Positions 1-9,769 of a DNA stretch of 32,000 nucleotides are shown in pieces (the stretch's first letter is position 1; every line of letters starts with the position of its first letter). A program made the position numbers and the translations under genes. The notes beneath the pieces were generated by a model that had not been told where the DNA came from, made no database searches, and saw nothing but the letters and a program-made list of their open reading frames with translations. The stretch lies in contig NZ_CP046534.1 in NCBI RefSeq assembly GCF_009827135.1, positions 210,001 through 242,000 on the forward strand, read 5' to 3'. The DNA comes from Blochmannia endosymbiont of Camponotus nipponensis. GTDB lineage: Bacteria > Pseudomonadota > Gammaproteobacteria > Enterobacterales > Enterobacteriaceae.

Positions 1-404
1 TAAGTACACATCAAAAATAAAGTATTAAATATAGACCATTAATCTTTTGCATGTTTGACTATAACTATTTAAATACATGATATCTTATGAAAAGAATACA
101 CAAAAAATTAATAAATAATATTTTTAAACATTGTATTTTACATATTCACTTTCGTTATTAATCTCTCTTAAAGAGAAGATCACAGGATCATCATAACAAC
201 GTTATATATTTATTAAATTATTGCATTTCTTTGTAGCAAAATTTTGTTTAATTTCTAAAACAGTAAAACCAATATATTTATACAAACATTTTATTCCTTA
301 CAAATACAAACTCACATAAACATTTTATACGATAAAGAAGAATAAACACTTACAAAAATTAACATACATCAGTACATACTCAAATAAATTAAGGAAACAC
401 TACA

Positions 405-3071
405 ATGTTAGAACGTACATCTAATGATGTAGATCCAATAGAAACACAAGATTGGATACAGTCTATTTCTTCAGTTATTCAAAGAGAAGGTATCGCACGC
501 GCTCAATTTTTAATCAATCAAATCATACATGAAGCTCGCAATAATGGTGTTAGGATTGTTAACGACGAAACAATACATGATTATATCAACACAATTCCAG
601 TGAAAGACGAACCAGAATATCCCGGAGATTTAGAAATAGAACAACGCATATGCTCTGTTGTACGTTGGAATGCCATTATGATGGTATTGCATGCATCAAA
701 GAAAAACTTAGACCTAGGGGGGCATATCGCTTCCTTCCAATCTTCAGCTACATTATATGAAGTGTGTTTTAATCATTTCTTTCGCGGCCGCAATCAACAT
801 GATGGAGGTGATTTAGTATATTTTCAGGGTCATATTGCACCTGGCATATATTCTCGCGCTTTTCTAGAAGGACGATTAAATGAAAAACAAATAAATAATT
901 TTCGTCAAGAAGTAAAAAATCTAGGACTATCTTCATATCCTCATCCAAAATTAATGCCAGAATTTTGGCAATTTCCTACAGTTTCTATGGGCCTTGCTTC
1001 AATCAGCGCAATTTATCAAGCAAAATTTCTAAAATACCTAAACAACAGAAATTTAAAAGATACTACTTTACAAACAGTATATGCTTTTTTGGGAGATGGT
1101 GAAATGGATGAGCCCGAATCTAAAGGAGCACTTAATATTGCTTCCAGAGAAAAATTAAATAATTTAATTTTTATTATTAATTGCAATTTACAACGATTAG
1201 ATGGACCAGTAGTAGGAAATGGCAAAATTATTAATGACTTAGAAAATATATTTAAAGGATCAGGATGGGAAGTGATTAAAGTTATTTGGGGTAGTAAATG
1301 GGATTCCTTGCTACATAAAGATACTAGCGGAAAATTAATTCAACTTATGAACGAAACTGTTGATGGAGACTATCAAACATTTAAATCTAAAGATGGAGCT
1401 TATATACGTAAACACTTTTTTAACAAATATCCAGAAACTAGCACACTAGTAGATGATATGAGCGATTCCGAAATTTGGGCGTTAGATCGCGGGGGACATG
1501 ATCCAAAAAAAATATTTGCTGCTTTAAAAAAAGCTAAAAACAATTCCGAGAAACCTGTTGTAATATTAGCACATACTGTTAAAGGTTATGGAATGGGCTC
1601 TAGTGCAGAAGGAATGAATATTGCACACCAGATAAAAAAAATTAATATACAAGGTATACGTTATTTTAGGGATAGATTTAACCTAAATCTCGTTAAAGAC
1701 GATCAAATTGAATCTTTACCTTATTTGACATTTGCAGAAGATTCTAAAGAATATACATATCTACATGAACGACGCAAAACATTATTTGGATATATCCCAA
1801 GCAGATTACAACATTCCACCGATTCACTAGAACTACCAACATTAGAACATTTCCATCCCTTACTAATACAACAAAATAAAGATATCTCTACTACTCTTGC
1901 ATTTATACGAGTATTGAATATACTATTGAAATGTACACCAATTAAAAACAGATTAGTACCCATAATTGCTGATGAAGCCAGAACCTTTGGGATGGAAGGA
2001 ATGTTCCGTCAAATCGGTATTTATAGCTCCATGGGACAACAATACACTCCTCAAGATCATGATTTACTTGCATACTATCGTGAAAATAAACAAGGACAAA
2101 TTTTACAAGAAGGTATTAACGAATTAGGTGCGGCCGCATCATGGTTAGCGGCTGCCACTTCATATAGCACTAATAACTTCATTATGATACCGTTTTACGT
2201 ATATTACTCAATGTTTGGATTTCAAAGAATCGGAGATTTTTTTTGGGCTGCCGCTGATCAACAAGCCCGAGGATTTTTAATTGGAGGAACATCTGGTCGC
2301 ACTACTTTAAACGGTGAAGGATTGCAACATGCTGATGGCCATAGTCACATCCAATCACTAACAATTCCTAATTGTATTTCTTATGATCCAGCATATGCAT
2401 ATGAAATCGCTGTTATCATACAAGATGGTCTAATGCGTATGTATGGAAACAATCCAGAAAATATATATTATTATATCACTACATTAAATGAAAAATATCA
2501 CATGCCAGCCATGCCAATAGGAGTTGAAGAAGGCATCCGAAAAGGAATTTATAAGTTAGAATCTTTATCTGGAAAAAATGGAAAAATTCAATTAATGGGA
2601 TCTGGTGCTATTTTGCGCCTTGTTCGTGAAGCAGCTCAAATATTATCTCAAGAATATAATGTCAGCTCTGATGTATACAGTGTTACTTCTTTTACTGAAT
2701 TAGCACGCAATGGACAAGACTGCGAACGTTGGAATATGTTACATCCTATGGATATACCTAAAATACCATATATTACTACTGTATTAAATGATTTTCCCAC
2801 TATAGCTGCTACTGATTACATGAAATTATTTGCAGAACAAATTCGGTGTTTTGTACCAAGTAATCATTTTTTTGTTTTAGGTACAGATGGATTTGGTCGT
2901 TCTGACAGCCGAGAAAATTTGAGACATCATTTTGAAATAGATACAGGTTATGTAGTCACTGCAGCATTAGCTCAATTACTAAAAAAAGGCCATATCCATG
3001 CAGATGTTGTTATAAATGCCATCAAAACATTTGATATCGATCCTAACAAAATTAATCCACGCCTAATCTAA
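405..3071 (+). CDS. aceE: Pyruvate dehydrogenase E1 component (ThDP-dependent)
   Basis: 888-aa ORF, collinear by eye with E. coli AceE (about 887 aa). ThDP-binding motif GDGEMDEPES. AAGGA lies 9 nt upstream of the ATG. aceF follows 11 nt later. Confidence 0.97.
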   Translation: MLERTSNDVDPIETQDWIQSISSVIQREGIARAQFLINQIIHEARNNGVRIVNDETIHDYINTIPVKDEPEYPGDLEIEQRICSVVRWNAIMMVLHASKKNLDLGGHIASFQSSATLYEVCFNHFFRGRNQHDGGDLVYFQGHIAPGIYSRAFLEGRLNEKQINNFRQEVKNLGLSSYPHPKLMPEFWQFPTVSMGLASISAIYQAKFLKYLNNRNLKDTTLQTVYAFLGDGEMDEPESKGALNIASREKLNNLIFIINCNLQRLDGPVVGNGKIINDLENIFKGSGWEVIKVIWGSKWDSLLHKDTSGKLIQLMNETVDGDYQTFKSKDGAYIRKHFFNKYPETSTLVDDMSDSEIWALDRGGHDPKKIFAALKKAKNNSEKPVVILAHTVKGYGMGSSAEGMNIAHQIKKINIQGIRYFRDRFNLNLVKDDQIESLPYLTFAEDSKEYTYLHERRKTLFGYIPSRLQHSTDSLELPTLEHFHPLLIQQNKDISTTLAFIRVLNILLKCTPIKNRLVPIIADEARTFGMEGMFRQIGIYSSMGQQYTPQDHDLLAYYRENKQGQILQEGINELGAAASWLAAATSYSTNNFIMIPFYVYYSMFGFQRIGDFFWAAADQQARGFLIGGTSGRTTLNGEGLQHADGHSHIQSLTIPNCISYDPAYAYEIAVIIQDGLMRMYGNNPENIYYYITTLNEKYHMPAMPIGVEEGIRKGIYKLESLSGKNGKIQLMGSGAILRLVREAAQILSQEYNVSSDVYSVTSFTELARNGQDCERWNMLHPMDIPKIPYITTVLNDFPTIAATDYMKLFAEQIRCFVPSNHFFVLGTDGFGRSDSRENLRHHFEIDTGYVVTAALAQLLKKGHIHADVVINAIKTFDIDPNKINPRLI

Positions 3072-3082
3072 GAGATAACATC

Positions 3083-4369
3083 ATGACAATCGAAATTAAT
3101 GTTCCAAATATTGGTGAGGATGAACTAGAAGTTACAGAAATAATGGTAAAAATTGGAGACAACATTAATATCAATCAATCACTTATTATCATTGAAGGGG
3201 ATAAATCATCCATGGAAATACCAGCTCCCTGTTCTGGCATTGTTACTCAAATGAATATCCATATTGGAGATAAAGTACACACAGGATCTCTAATTTTATT
3301 GCTGGATACACAAAATTATACCAAAATTCCTCCTCTTAACGATCAAAAATATATTACTCCTTCTTCTCATGTTGTAATAAAAAATGATACACAAGAAGGA
3401 ATGACACATAACAATATCAATCATAGTACACGTTCCACACTTGAAATCGCACATGCTACACCATTAGTGCGTCATATGGCTCGCACATCTGGAATAGATT
3501 TGTCAAAGATAAAAGGTAGTGGCCGTAAAGGACGTATTTTAAAAGAAGATATTCAAAATTATATAAACGATATTTCCATAGATCACACAAATAATATGTC
3601 ATCCATTCAACCTAATCAACTGATTCCTATTCTATCTTGGCCTAACATAGATTTCAGTAAATTTGGTGATACTGAAACTATGATGCTCAGCAAAATACAA
3701 AAAATTTCTGGTACAAATTTACAAAGAAATTGGATAATGCTACCCCATGTCACACAATTTGACGAAGCTGATATTACCGATCTAGAGAATTTTAGAAAAC
3801 AACAAAATATTTATATTGAAGAGAAAAAAATAAATTGTAGAATTACAATTCTAGTTTTTGTCATGAAAGCCGTTGCAAAAGCATTAGAAGAATTACCACG
3901 ATTCAATAGTTCTTTATCTCAAGACGGTCAAACATTGATTTTAAAAAAATATATTAACATCGGAATAGCAATAGATACCCCTAAAGGTTTATTAGTACCC
4001 GTGTTACGCAATGTAAATACAAAAGGTGTTATTTTGTTATCACAAGAACTAGCAGAACTTTCGAAAAAAGCTCGTTCTGGGAATCAATTGACTCCTTATA
4101 ATATGCAAGGAGGCAGTTTTACTATATCTAATTTAGGAGGCATAGGAGGTACAGCTTTCACTCCTATTATTAATGTTCCAGAAGTAGCTATTTTAGGTAT
4201 ATCTAAATCCTTCATAAAGCCAATCTGGACCGGAAAAAAATTTATTCCACGCTTAATGTTACCTTTATCATTATCATACGACCATCGTGTTATCGATGGA
4301 GCTGATGGCGCTCGATTTATGACTCTCATTAATAAAATAATTTCCGACACGCGACTATTATTTATGTAG
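3083..4369 (+). CDS. aceF: Dihydrolipoamide acetyltransferase (PDH E2), single-lipoyl-domain form
   Basis: 428-aa ORF. One lipoyl domain (IIEGDKSSMEIPAP), a peripheral subunit-binding domain (ATPLVRHMARTSGIDLSKIKGSGRKGRILKEDI), and a catalytic core with SYDHRVIDGADGARF. Confidence 0.95.
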   Translation: MTIEINVPNIGEDELEVTEIMVKIGDNININQSLIIIEGDKSSMEIPAPCSGIVTQMNIHIGDKVHTGSLILLLDTQNYTKIPPLNDQKYITPSSHVVIKNDTQEGMTHNNINHSTRSTLEIAHATPLVRHMARTSGIDLSKIKGSGRKGRILKEDIQNYINDISIDHTNNMSSIQPNQLIPILSWPNIDFSKFGDTETMMLSKIQKISGTNLQRNWIMLPHVTQFDEADITDLENFRKQQNIYIEEKKINCRITILVFVMKAVAKALEELPRFNSSLSQDGQTLILKKYINIGIAIDTPKGLLVPVLRNVNTKGVILLSQELAELSKKARSGNQLTPYNMQGGSFTISNLGGIGGTAFTPIINVPEVAILGISKSFIKPIWTGKKFIPRLMLPLSLSYDHRVIDGADGARFMTLINKIISDTRLLFM

Positions 4370-4539
4370 ATTAATCAATTATTTCTCCTCATACTATAAA
4401 CTAAACAGGCAATATAGCCCGAACCATACAGGTATATGCTTTTTAGAGCAAATTATATATAATAAAACAATACATATCCTATCAAGTTTGTATATAATAA
4501 TGAATGATTTCAATCAAAATATGAGAGGCATCATATATT

Positions 4540-5958
4540 ATGCATATGCAAATAAAAACTCATGTTCTTGTTTTAGGAGCAGGACCAGGAGGATATTCCG
4601 CAGCTTTTCGATGCGCCGATTTAAGAATGAATACTACAATAATAGAACGTTATCCTAATTTAGGTGGAGTATGTCTTAATGTTGGTTGTATTCCCTCTAA
4701 AACACTATTATATGTCGCTAAATTAATTGAAACAAAAAAAAAATTAAATAAATACGGTATTTTATCAGGAGAAACACATATTGATATTAATAAAACACGA
4801 TCCTGGAAAGATAACATTATAGCTCAACTATCAAATAATTTAAAGACAATGGCAAAAACACGAAATGTTCAAGTAATTAATGGAATTGGAAAATTTATTG
4901 ATAGTCATACTATTCAAGTGACAAATCACCAAATGATCTGGGAAATAGCATTTGATTATGCCATTATAGCTGCAGGATCACATTCCGTATCTCTATCATC
5001 TATTCCCAATGACGATCAACGTATTTGGAATTCAACCGATGCGCTGTCTTTACAATCAATACCTAAGCGTTTATTGATTGTAGGTTCTGGAGCTATAGGG
5101 TTAGAAATGGCAACAATATATCATGCTTTTGGTTCAAACATCGATATAATCGAAATGTGTAATCAAATTGTGCCAATTTTAGATAAAGATATTATTAATA
5201 TTTTTACTAAAATAATTAGTAAAAATATTAATTTAATTTTGAATACTAAAATTAATGTAGTAGATTCTAAGAAAGATGGTATTTATGTAACTATGGAAAA
5301 TAAACAAACTTTACTAAAAAACACTCAACGTTATGATGCATTATTAGTAGCAATTGGACGCGCTCCAAACGGTAATGCATTGAATATTGAACATACAGGA
5401 GTAAATGTAGATAAATATGGTTTTATTCCTGTAGATCAACAAATGCGTACTAACATACACCACATGTTCGCAATAGGAGATATCGTTGGACATCCAATGT
5501 TAGCTCATAAAAGCATTCATGAAGGACATGTAGCAGCAGAAGTTATTTCTGGTAAAAAACGCTACTTTGATCCAATAATAATCCCATCTATTATATATTC
5601 TGACCCAGAAATAGCATGGGTTGGATATACTGAAAAAGATGCTCAAGAAAAAAATATAGATTATGAGGCTATAATTTTTCCTTGGACAGCTTCAGGTAGA
5701 GCAATTACTGAAGATTGTAAAGAAGGTATAACTAAATTAATTTTTAATAAAAAAACAAACAAAATTATTGGAGGAACAATTTTAGGTACACATGCTAGTG
5801 AAATATTAGGAGAAGTTGCATTAGCCATTGAAATGGGGTGTGATGTAGAAGATATTACCTTAACTATTCATGCTCATCCAACTTTATACGAATCAATAGC
5901 ATTAGCAGCATCTATTTATGACGGATCGATTACTGATTTACCTAATACGAAAAAATAA
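4540..5958 (+). CDS. lpdA: Dihydrolipoamide dehydrogenase (E3)
   Basis: 472-aa ORF, collinear with E. coli Lpd. Motifs: GAGPGGY FAD motif, redox disulfide CLNVGCIPSK, C-terminal HAHPT. A second in-frame ATG lies at 4546. GAGAGG lies upstream. Confidence 0.96.
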   Translation: MHMQIKTHVLVLGAGPGGYSAAFRCADLRMNTTIIERYPNLGGVCLNVGCIPSKTLLYVAKLIETKKKLNKYGILSGETHIDINKTRSWKDNIIAQLSNNLKTMAKTRNVQVINGIGKFIDSHTIQVTNHQMIWEIAFDYAIIAAGSHSVSLSSIPNDDQRIWNSTDALSLQSIPKRLLIVGSGAIGLEMATIYHAFGSNIDIIEMCNQIVPILDKDIINIFTKIISKNINLILNTKINVVDSKKDGIYVTMENKQTLLKNTQRYDALLVAIGRAPNGNALNIEHTGVNVDKYGFIPVDQQMRTNIHHMFAIGDIVGHPMLAHKSIHEGHVAAEVISGKKRYFDPIIIPSIIYSDPEIAWVGYTEKDAQEKNIDYEAIIFPWTASGRAITEDCKEGITKLIFNKKTNKIIGGTILGTHASEILGEVALAIEMGCDVEDITLTIHAHPTLYESIALAASIYDGSITDLPNTKK

Positions 5959-6226
5959 ACATAATAAATTTCATATAATTTTTTAAAATTTACAATACAT
6001 CGATATATCAAAAATGATATTTTTGTATACATTATTATGTAATCGTTACTATCCATCATAATTCATACAGAATATGTGCCGTTTTAGATTAATTTTTATT
6101 TTTAAAATAAATATACAATCATATTTTATGTGTTTATACCGTCCAAACCTAGTAAATTACTATGTACACATTATATAAATGAATCTGCGTTATTAATTAA
6201 TAATATAATCAGTCACGATAAAAATC

Positions 6227-6274
6227 ATAATTTCAAGAATATTATCAATATATTGATAATATTCTTGAAATTAT
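6227..6274. repeat. Perfect 48-bp palindrome (24+24 nt, no spacer)
   Basis: ATAATTTCAAGAATATTATCAATA / TATTGATAATATTCTTGAAATTAT. I checked all 24 pairs base by base and all are complementary. The first mismatch is at 6226/6275. Confidence 0.9.
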
Positions 6275-7408
6275 ATCTTTGTAACCTAATAAAATACTAA
6301 TTATAATAACATAATTGAATAATTTAACAATAAATTATCCTGTTATTAACAGTAATAAAACACGTTATCATTAGTAATACTATGAACTATTTATAATAAT
6401 ATAAGTCACTACAATTAGAATATATTTGGTCTACACTCTTAAGGAGTATTATTTAAAAATAATTAATTTCATATCATCCTAATATATTAGAAAAAATTTA
6501 AAAATTTTTATTATTTTGATAATTTATGAAATGTATAAAAATAAAGATTTATTATAGTAATACTAAAATCAATCGAAATAATTATTATATAAACCATGCC
6601 GAATAAACTTATATTGTGCATCAAAAAATAAACATTAACTATGCTTATAAAATCTATTAAATATAAAAAATACATCACTGCACTTGAATGTTTAATATCA
6701 CTTATTTTAGGCTCTAAATAAACAATTCCTCTATAGTTTCCGTAAATACTTGTAACTCTTGATATTTATATGACTATTCTAGTCTGCATTCTTATGCTGA
6801 TCATAATCTATATTAATAATAAAAATTCATACAAAAGACACTGCCCTACTAATAAATCACATAAAACAAACAATAAAAATTATTTACCGTTTCAATATTT
6901 AAACCATTTTATTGCCATATAAAAATTTTAAATAATAATAATAATTCTTTATAAATATCTAAAATTTAAAGGTTTTCACGGGAGATCAAAAATATAAAAT
7001 TATTAAATTCAATGATAAAACAAGTCTTTACATTATCAATAACATATTACAATAATTTATAAATTTCAATAATAGTATTATTTAATAAATACCATCTAAC
7101 AATTGTTAAATTGGAATTAATAATATGAAGTTTGTCATAATAAATTTTTCTACTTAAAAATACAACCAACATATCAGAATACAACTATATAATAAGTATA
7201 ATAAATTATTTACTTAATATTTATTATCAAAACTTAAACACCGCATATGTTGAATACAATACATATTAATTGATTTCAACACAAAACATAAAATTATATA
7301 TATCAAATAACCTTAATAATAAAAATATATATTTTTATTATTCAATACATTTATCTAACAATAGTATTGACTTATATTATAAATATAATGCATATACCTA
7401 AACATTAT

Positions 7409-7438
7409 ACACTTTTATAATTATAAAGTGTTTTTTTT
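7409..7438 (+). terminator. Orphan intrinsic-terminator-like hairpin plus T-run inside the spacer
   Basis: ACACTTT (7409-7415) pairs with AAAGTGT (7425-7431) around a 9-nt AT loop and is followed by a T run to 7438. The stem is weak (2 GC pairs) and no upstream gene is apparent. Confidence 0.3.
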
Positions 7439-7673
7439 AAATAAAAAAACCTAATTAACTTATAAAGTATAACAAATACATATTATTAAATAACAAATAA
7501 ACATCCTAAAAAGAATAAAAATTGTAATATAATTATATATATACACTATATTTATATGCAAAAGATTAAATATCTTTATTTATAATAACTACTTTCTCTC
7601 ATCTATACACAATAGATTATTTATGATTAATTATAAATTTTTACTCGCTATTTCATAAAAAAGAATACCAAAT

Positions 7674-7718
7674 TTTCTAAAACTACTGAAATTTCTAAAA
7701 ACTACGAAAATTCCTATA
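7674..7718. repeat. Imperfect tandem direct repeat (about 18-19 nt x 2.4)
   Basis: TTTCTAAAACTACTGAAA (7674-7691), then TTTCTAAAAACTACGAAAA (7692-7710), then partial TTCCTATA. Confidence 0.5.
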
Positions 7719-7961
7719 GATTTGTCAATAATCACAACATATTTTTTAATATAATTTAAAATATATAATGATAAAACCATCAACAATAAAAATTTATTAT
7801 TCATCAAATATCAAGTAATTATATCAACAAAATACGTATGTCAATGTCACTTTCCTAAAACTCATTTAATTTAATTCAATATATATATTATACCCGATTA
7901 TTTTTTTAAATAAAATACATACAACTCTATACACAAAACACTATATTCTAAATAATACTTA

Positions 7962-8453
7962 TTATGACTTCCAAAGATCTAAACCATTCCTCGGTACAGT
8001 TCTAACGATATCTGTTATAATTTTACCGTTGGGAAAAACTAAACGATCATTTAATTCAATTAAAGGATAAATTACAAATTCTCGATTAAAAATACCATGA
8101 TGTGGAATTATTAATTCGGGAATACATATAATATGTTTTCCAAATAATAAAATATCTAAGTCTAATGTACGAGACTGCCATACACAATCATCACGTAAAC
8201 GTATACGTCCTTGTTTTTTTTCAATATACTGAAGATAATTTAACAATACTTGGGGAGATAGATCCGTATCCAGTATTACTATTGCATTCAAAAAATCAGG
8301 TTGATTTTTTTTTCCTAACGGTCGACTACGATAATAAGAAGAAAAAGCTATCAACTTAGTCATCGGAAGTGCAGAAAGACACCATATAGATTGATCTACT
8401 TGTTTTTTTGGATCTAACATATTGCTACCAATGCCTATCCACACCCGTTCCAT
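7962..8453 (-). CDS. folK: 2-amino-4-hydroxy-6-hydroxymethyldihydropteridine pyrophosphokinase (HPPK)
   Basis: 163-aa ORF, collinear with E. coli FolK (IGIGSN, SSYYRSRPLG, QPDFLNA, RTLDLDILLF, IPHH). ATG start. Confidence 0.93.
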   Translation of the reverse strand: MERVWIGIGSNMLDPKKQVDQSIWCLSALPMTKLIAFSSYYRSRPLGKKNQPDFLNAIVILDTDLSPQVLLNYLQYIEKKQGRIRLRDDCVWQSRTLDLDILLFGKHIICIPELIIPHHGIFNREFVIYPLIELNDRLVFPNGKIITDIVRTVPRNGLDLWKS

Positions 8454-8719
8454 TCTGCTATATATCCCAATTAATTAATCATAAAATCATCAATCTTTGC
8501 ATTTTCATGACACCTTTAAAGAATCATCGAGTTAAAAATTACATAAATATTTTTTATAAATAAAACTTTCCTGCATATAGCAGAATGCACAATAATCAAC
8601 ATTGCAATAACTTTCACAACTAAAATATATATATACAACATTAAAACCTGATTTATTTAATATTTATTTATATATTATGTAAATAAGCATATCTAAAAAT
8701 TAATTTTCACTATGAAAAT

Positions 8720-9184
8720 CTATCCGGTTGTTTGTTTTTCTTTAATTTCTTCTAAAGTTTTGCAATCGATACATAAATTAGCTGTCGGACGAGCTTCTAA
8801 CCTTCGAATACCAATTTCTACACCACATGAAGTACAAAATCCAAATTCATTCATATCTATTTTTTTTAAGGTTTTTTCTATTTTTTCAATAAGTTTATGT
8901 TCTCTATCACGATTACGTAATTTAATATTAAATTCTTCCTCTTGCACCGCCCTATCCACTGGATCTGGAAAATTAATAGATGCTTGATCTTGTGTGCATA
9001 ATATAGAATATTCTACATCTTTTTTAAGTTGATTTTTCCATGTTTCAAGAATACATTTAAAATGTAAAAGTTGATCAACACTCATATATTCCTCATTAGA
9101 TTTTCTTTGATATGGCGTTACTCCAGCAATTGTTAATACATTCAAAGAAGAACGTTTACGACGACTCGGTGCATTTTTTGACAT
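8720..9184 (-). CDS. dksA: RNA polymerase-binding transcription factor DksA
   Basis: 154-aa ORF, highly similar to E. coli DksA. Motifs: coiled-coil tip [13 protein letters not shown] and zinc finger [30 protein letters not shown] lies 7 nt upstream of the ATG. Confidence 0.96.
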   Translation of the reverse strand: MSKNAPSRRKRSSLNVLTIAGVTPYQRKSNEEYMSVDQLLHFKCILETWKNQLKKDVEYSILCTQDQASINFPDPVDRAVQEEEFNIKLRNRDREHKLIEKIEKTLKKIDMNEFGFCTSCGVEIGIRRLEARPTANLCIDCKTLEEIKEKQTTG

Positions 9185-9769
9185 ATGTTTGCTCCTGTTG
9201 TGATGTTAACATCAACTTATATCAATAGTTTATAACATTTAATTATACAGAATCATTAACATTATAAATATATAATGAACATAATTCTAATTTTTGAAAT
9301 ATTTATCCTATTTCAACAAATATAATATTACACAGATAAGCATAAATATTCATTGTTACCAATTAGTACCTAATCTATCAACATAAATGAGCATAAAATC
9401 ACGGCATAAGTTATACAATACACATATAAGTAAATGTAATTGTTACCTTTATTTATAATGAAAAACTCACAATAGTTCTTTTGTTCTATTAAATATAGAT
9501 TATTTTGATAAATAATTATAATCAATTATAAAACATTTAACTATACACAATAACATCATTATTTTTTGATTTTTTAAAAATATTAAAATTATATAAATAA
9601 TATTATTCAAATATTTATAAATATACTATACCTTCCCTATAAAATAGGCATTAATATCCTATATTTTTTACGTACACTTTGTGCTAAAAACTTTTGATGT
9701 TAATTTTATAATTTTCAGAAAAATATACTTTTAAAATATTAAAATTTTTATTTAATAATAAAATAAACT

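Larger units (their letters stand above)
5959..7961. other. 2.0-kb ORF-free, extremely AT-rich spacer (probable gene-loss scar)
   Basis: The track shows no ORF of 64 aa or more on any frame. Sample count: 4 G/C in the 60 nt from 6481 to 6540, against 33 of 60 in ftsZ at 16141-16200. No GC-rich island suggests a structured RNA. Confidence 0.6.

Noticed and set aside
1016-1963. ORFs 1016-1225(-) and 1721-1963(-), antisense within aceE
   Set aside because: They are embedded opposite a strongly conserved gene, I recognise no motifs, and the composition is typical of antisense read-through frames.
4096-4350. 84-aa ORF antisense to the aceF catalytic domain
   Set aside because: Same reasoning. 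The sense frame carries the DHRVIDGA active site, and the antisense product has no recognisable features.
6005-6024. Small hairpin ATATCA-AAAA-TGATAT plus TTTT, 47 nt after the lpdA stop, as the lpdA terminator
   Set aside because: A 6-bp stem with one G:C pair is too weak to call without an energy calculation or 3'-end data.
6491-6508. 18-mer AAAAAATTTAAAAATTTT shared with 13813-13830
   Set aside because: It is a pure A/T low-complexity string, so a chance recurrence in spacers with this little G+C is plausible. It is not evidence of a dispersed repeat family.
8165-8987. ORFs 8165-8359(+) and 8712-8987(+), antisense to folK and dksA
   Set aside because: They overlap well-supported genes on the opposite strand, and their products are low-complexity.
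9201-9214. 14-bp perfect palindrome TGATGTTAACATCA immediately upstream of the dksA SD
   Set aside because: With 7-bp arms in AT-rich sequence, a few such palindromes are expected by chance in 32 kb. There is no second copy or flanking structure.
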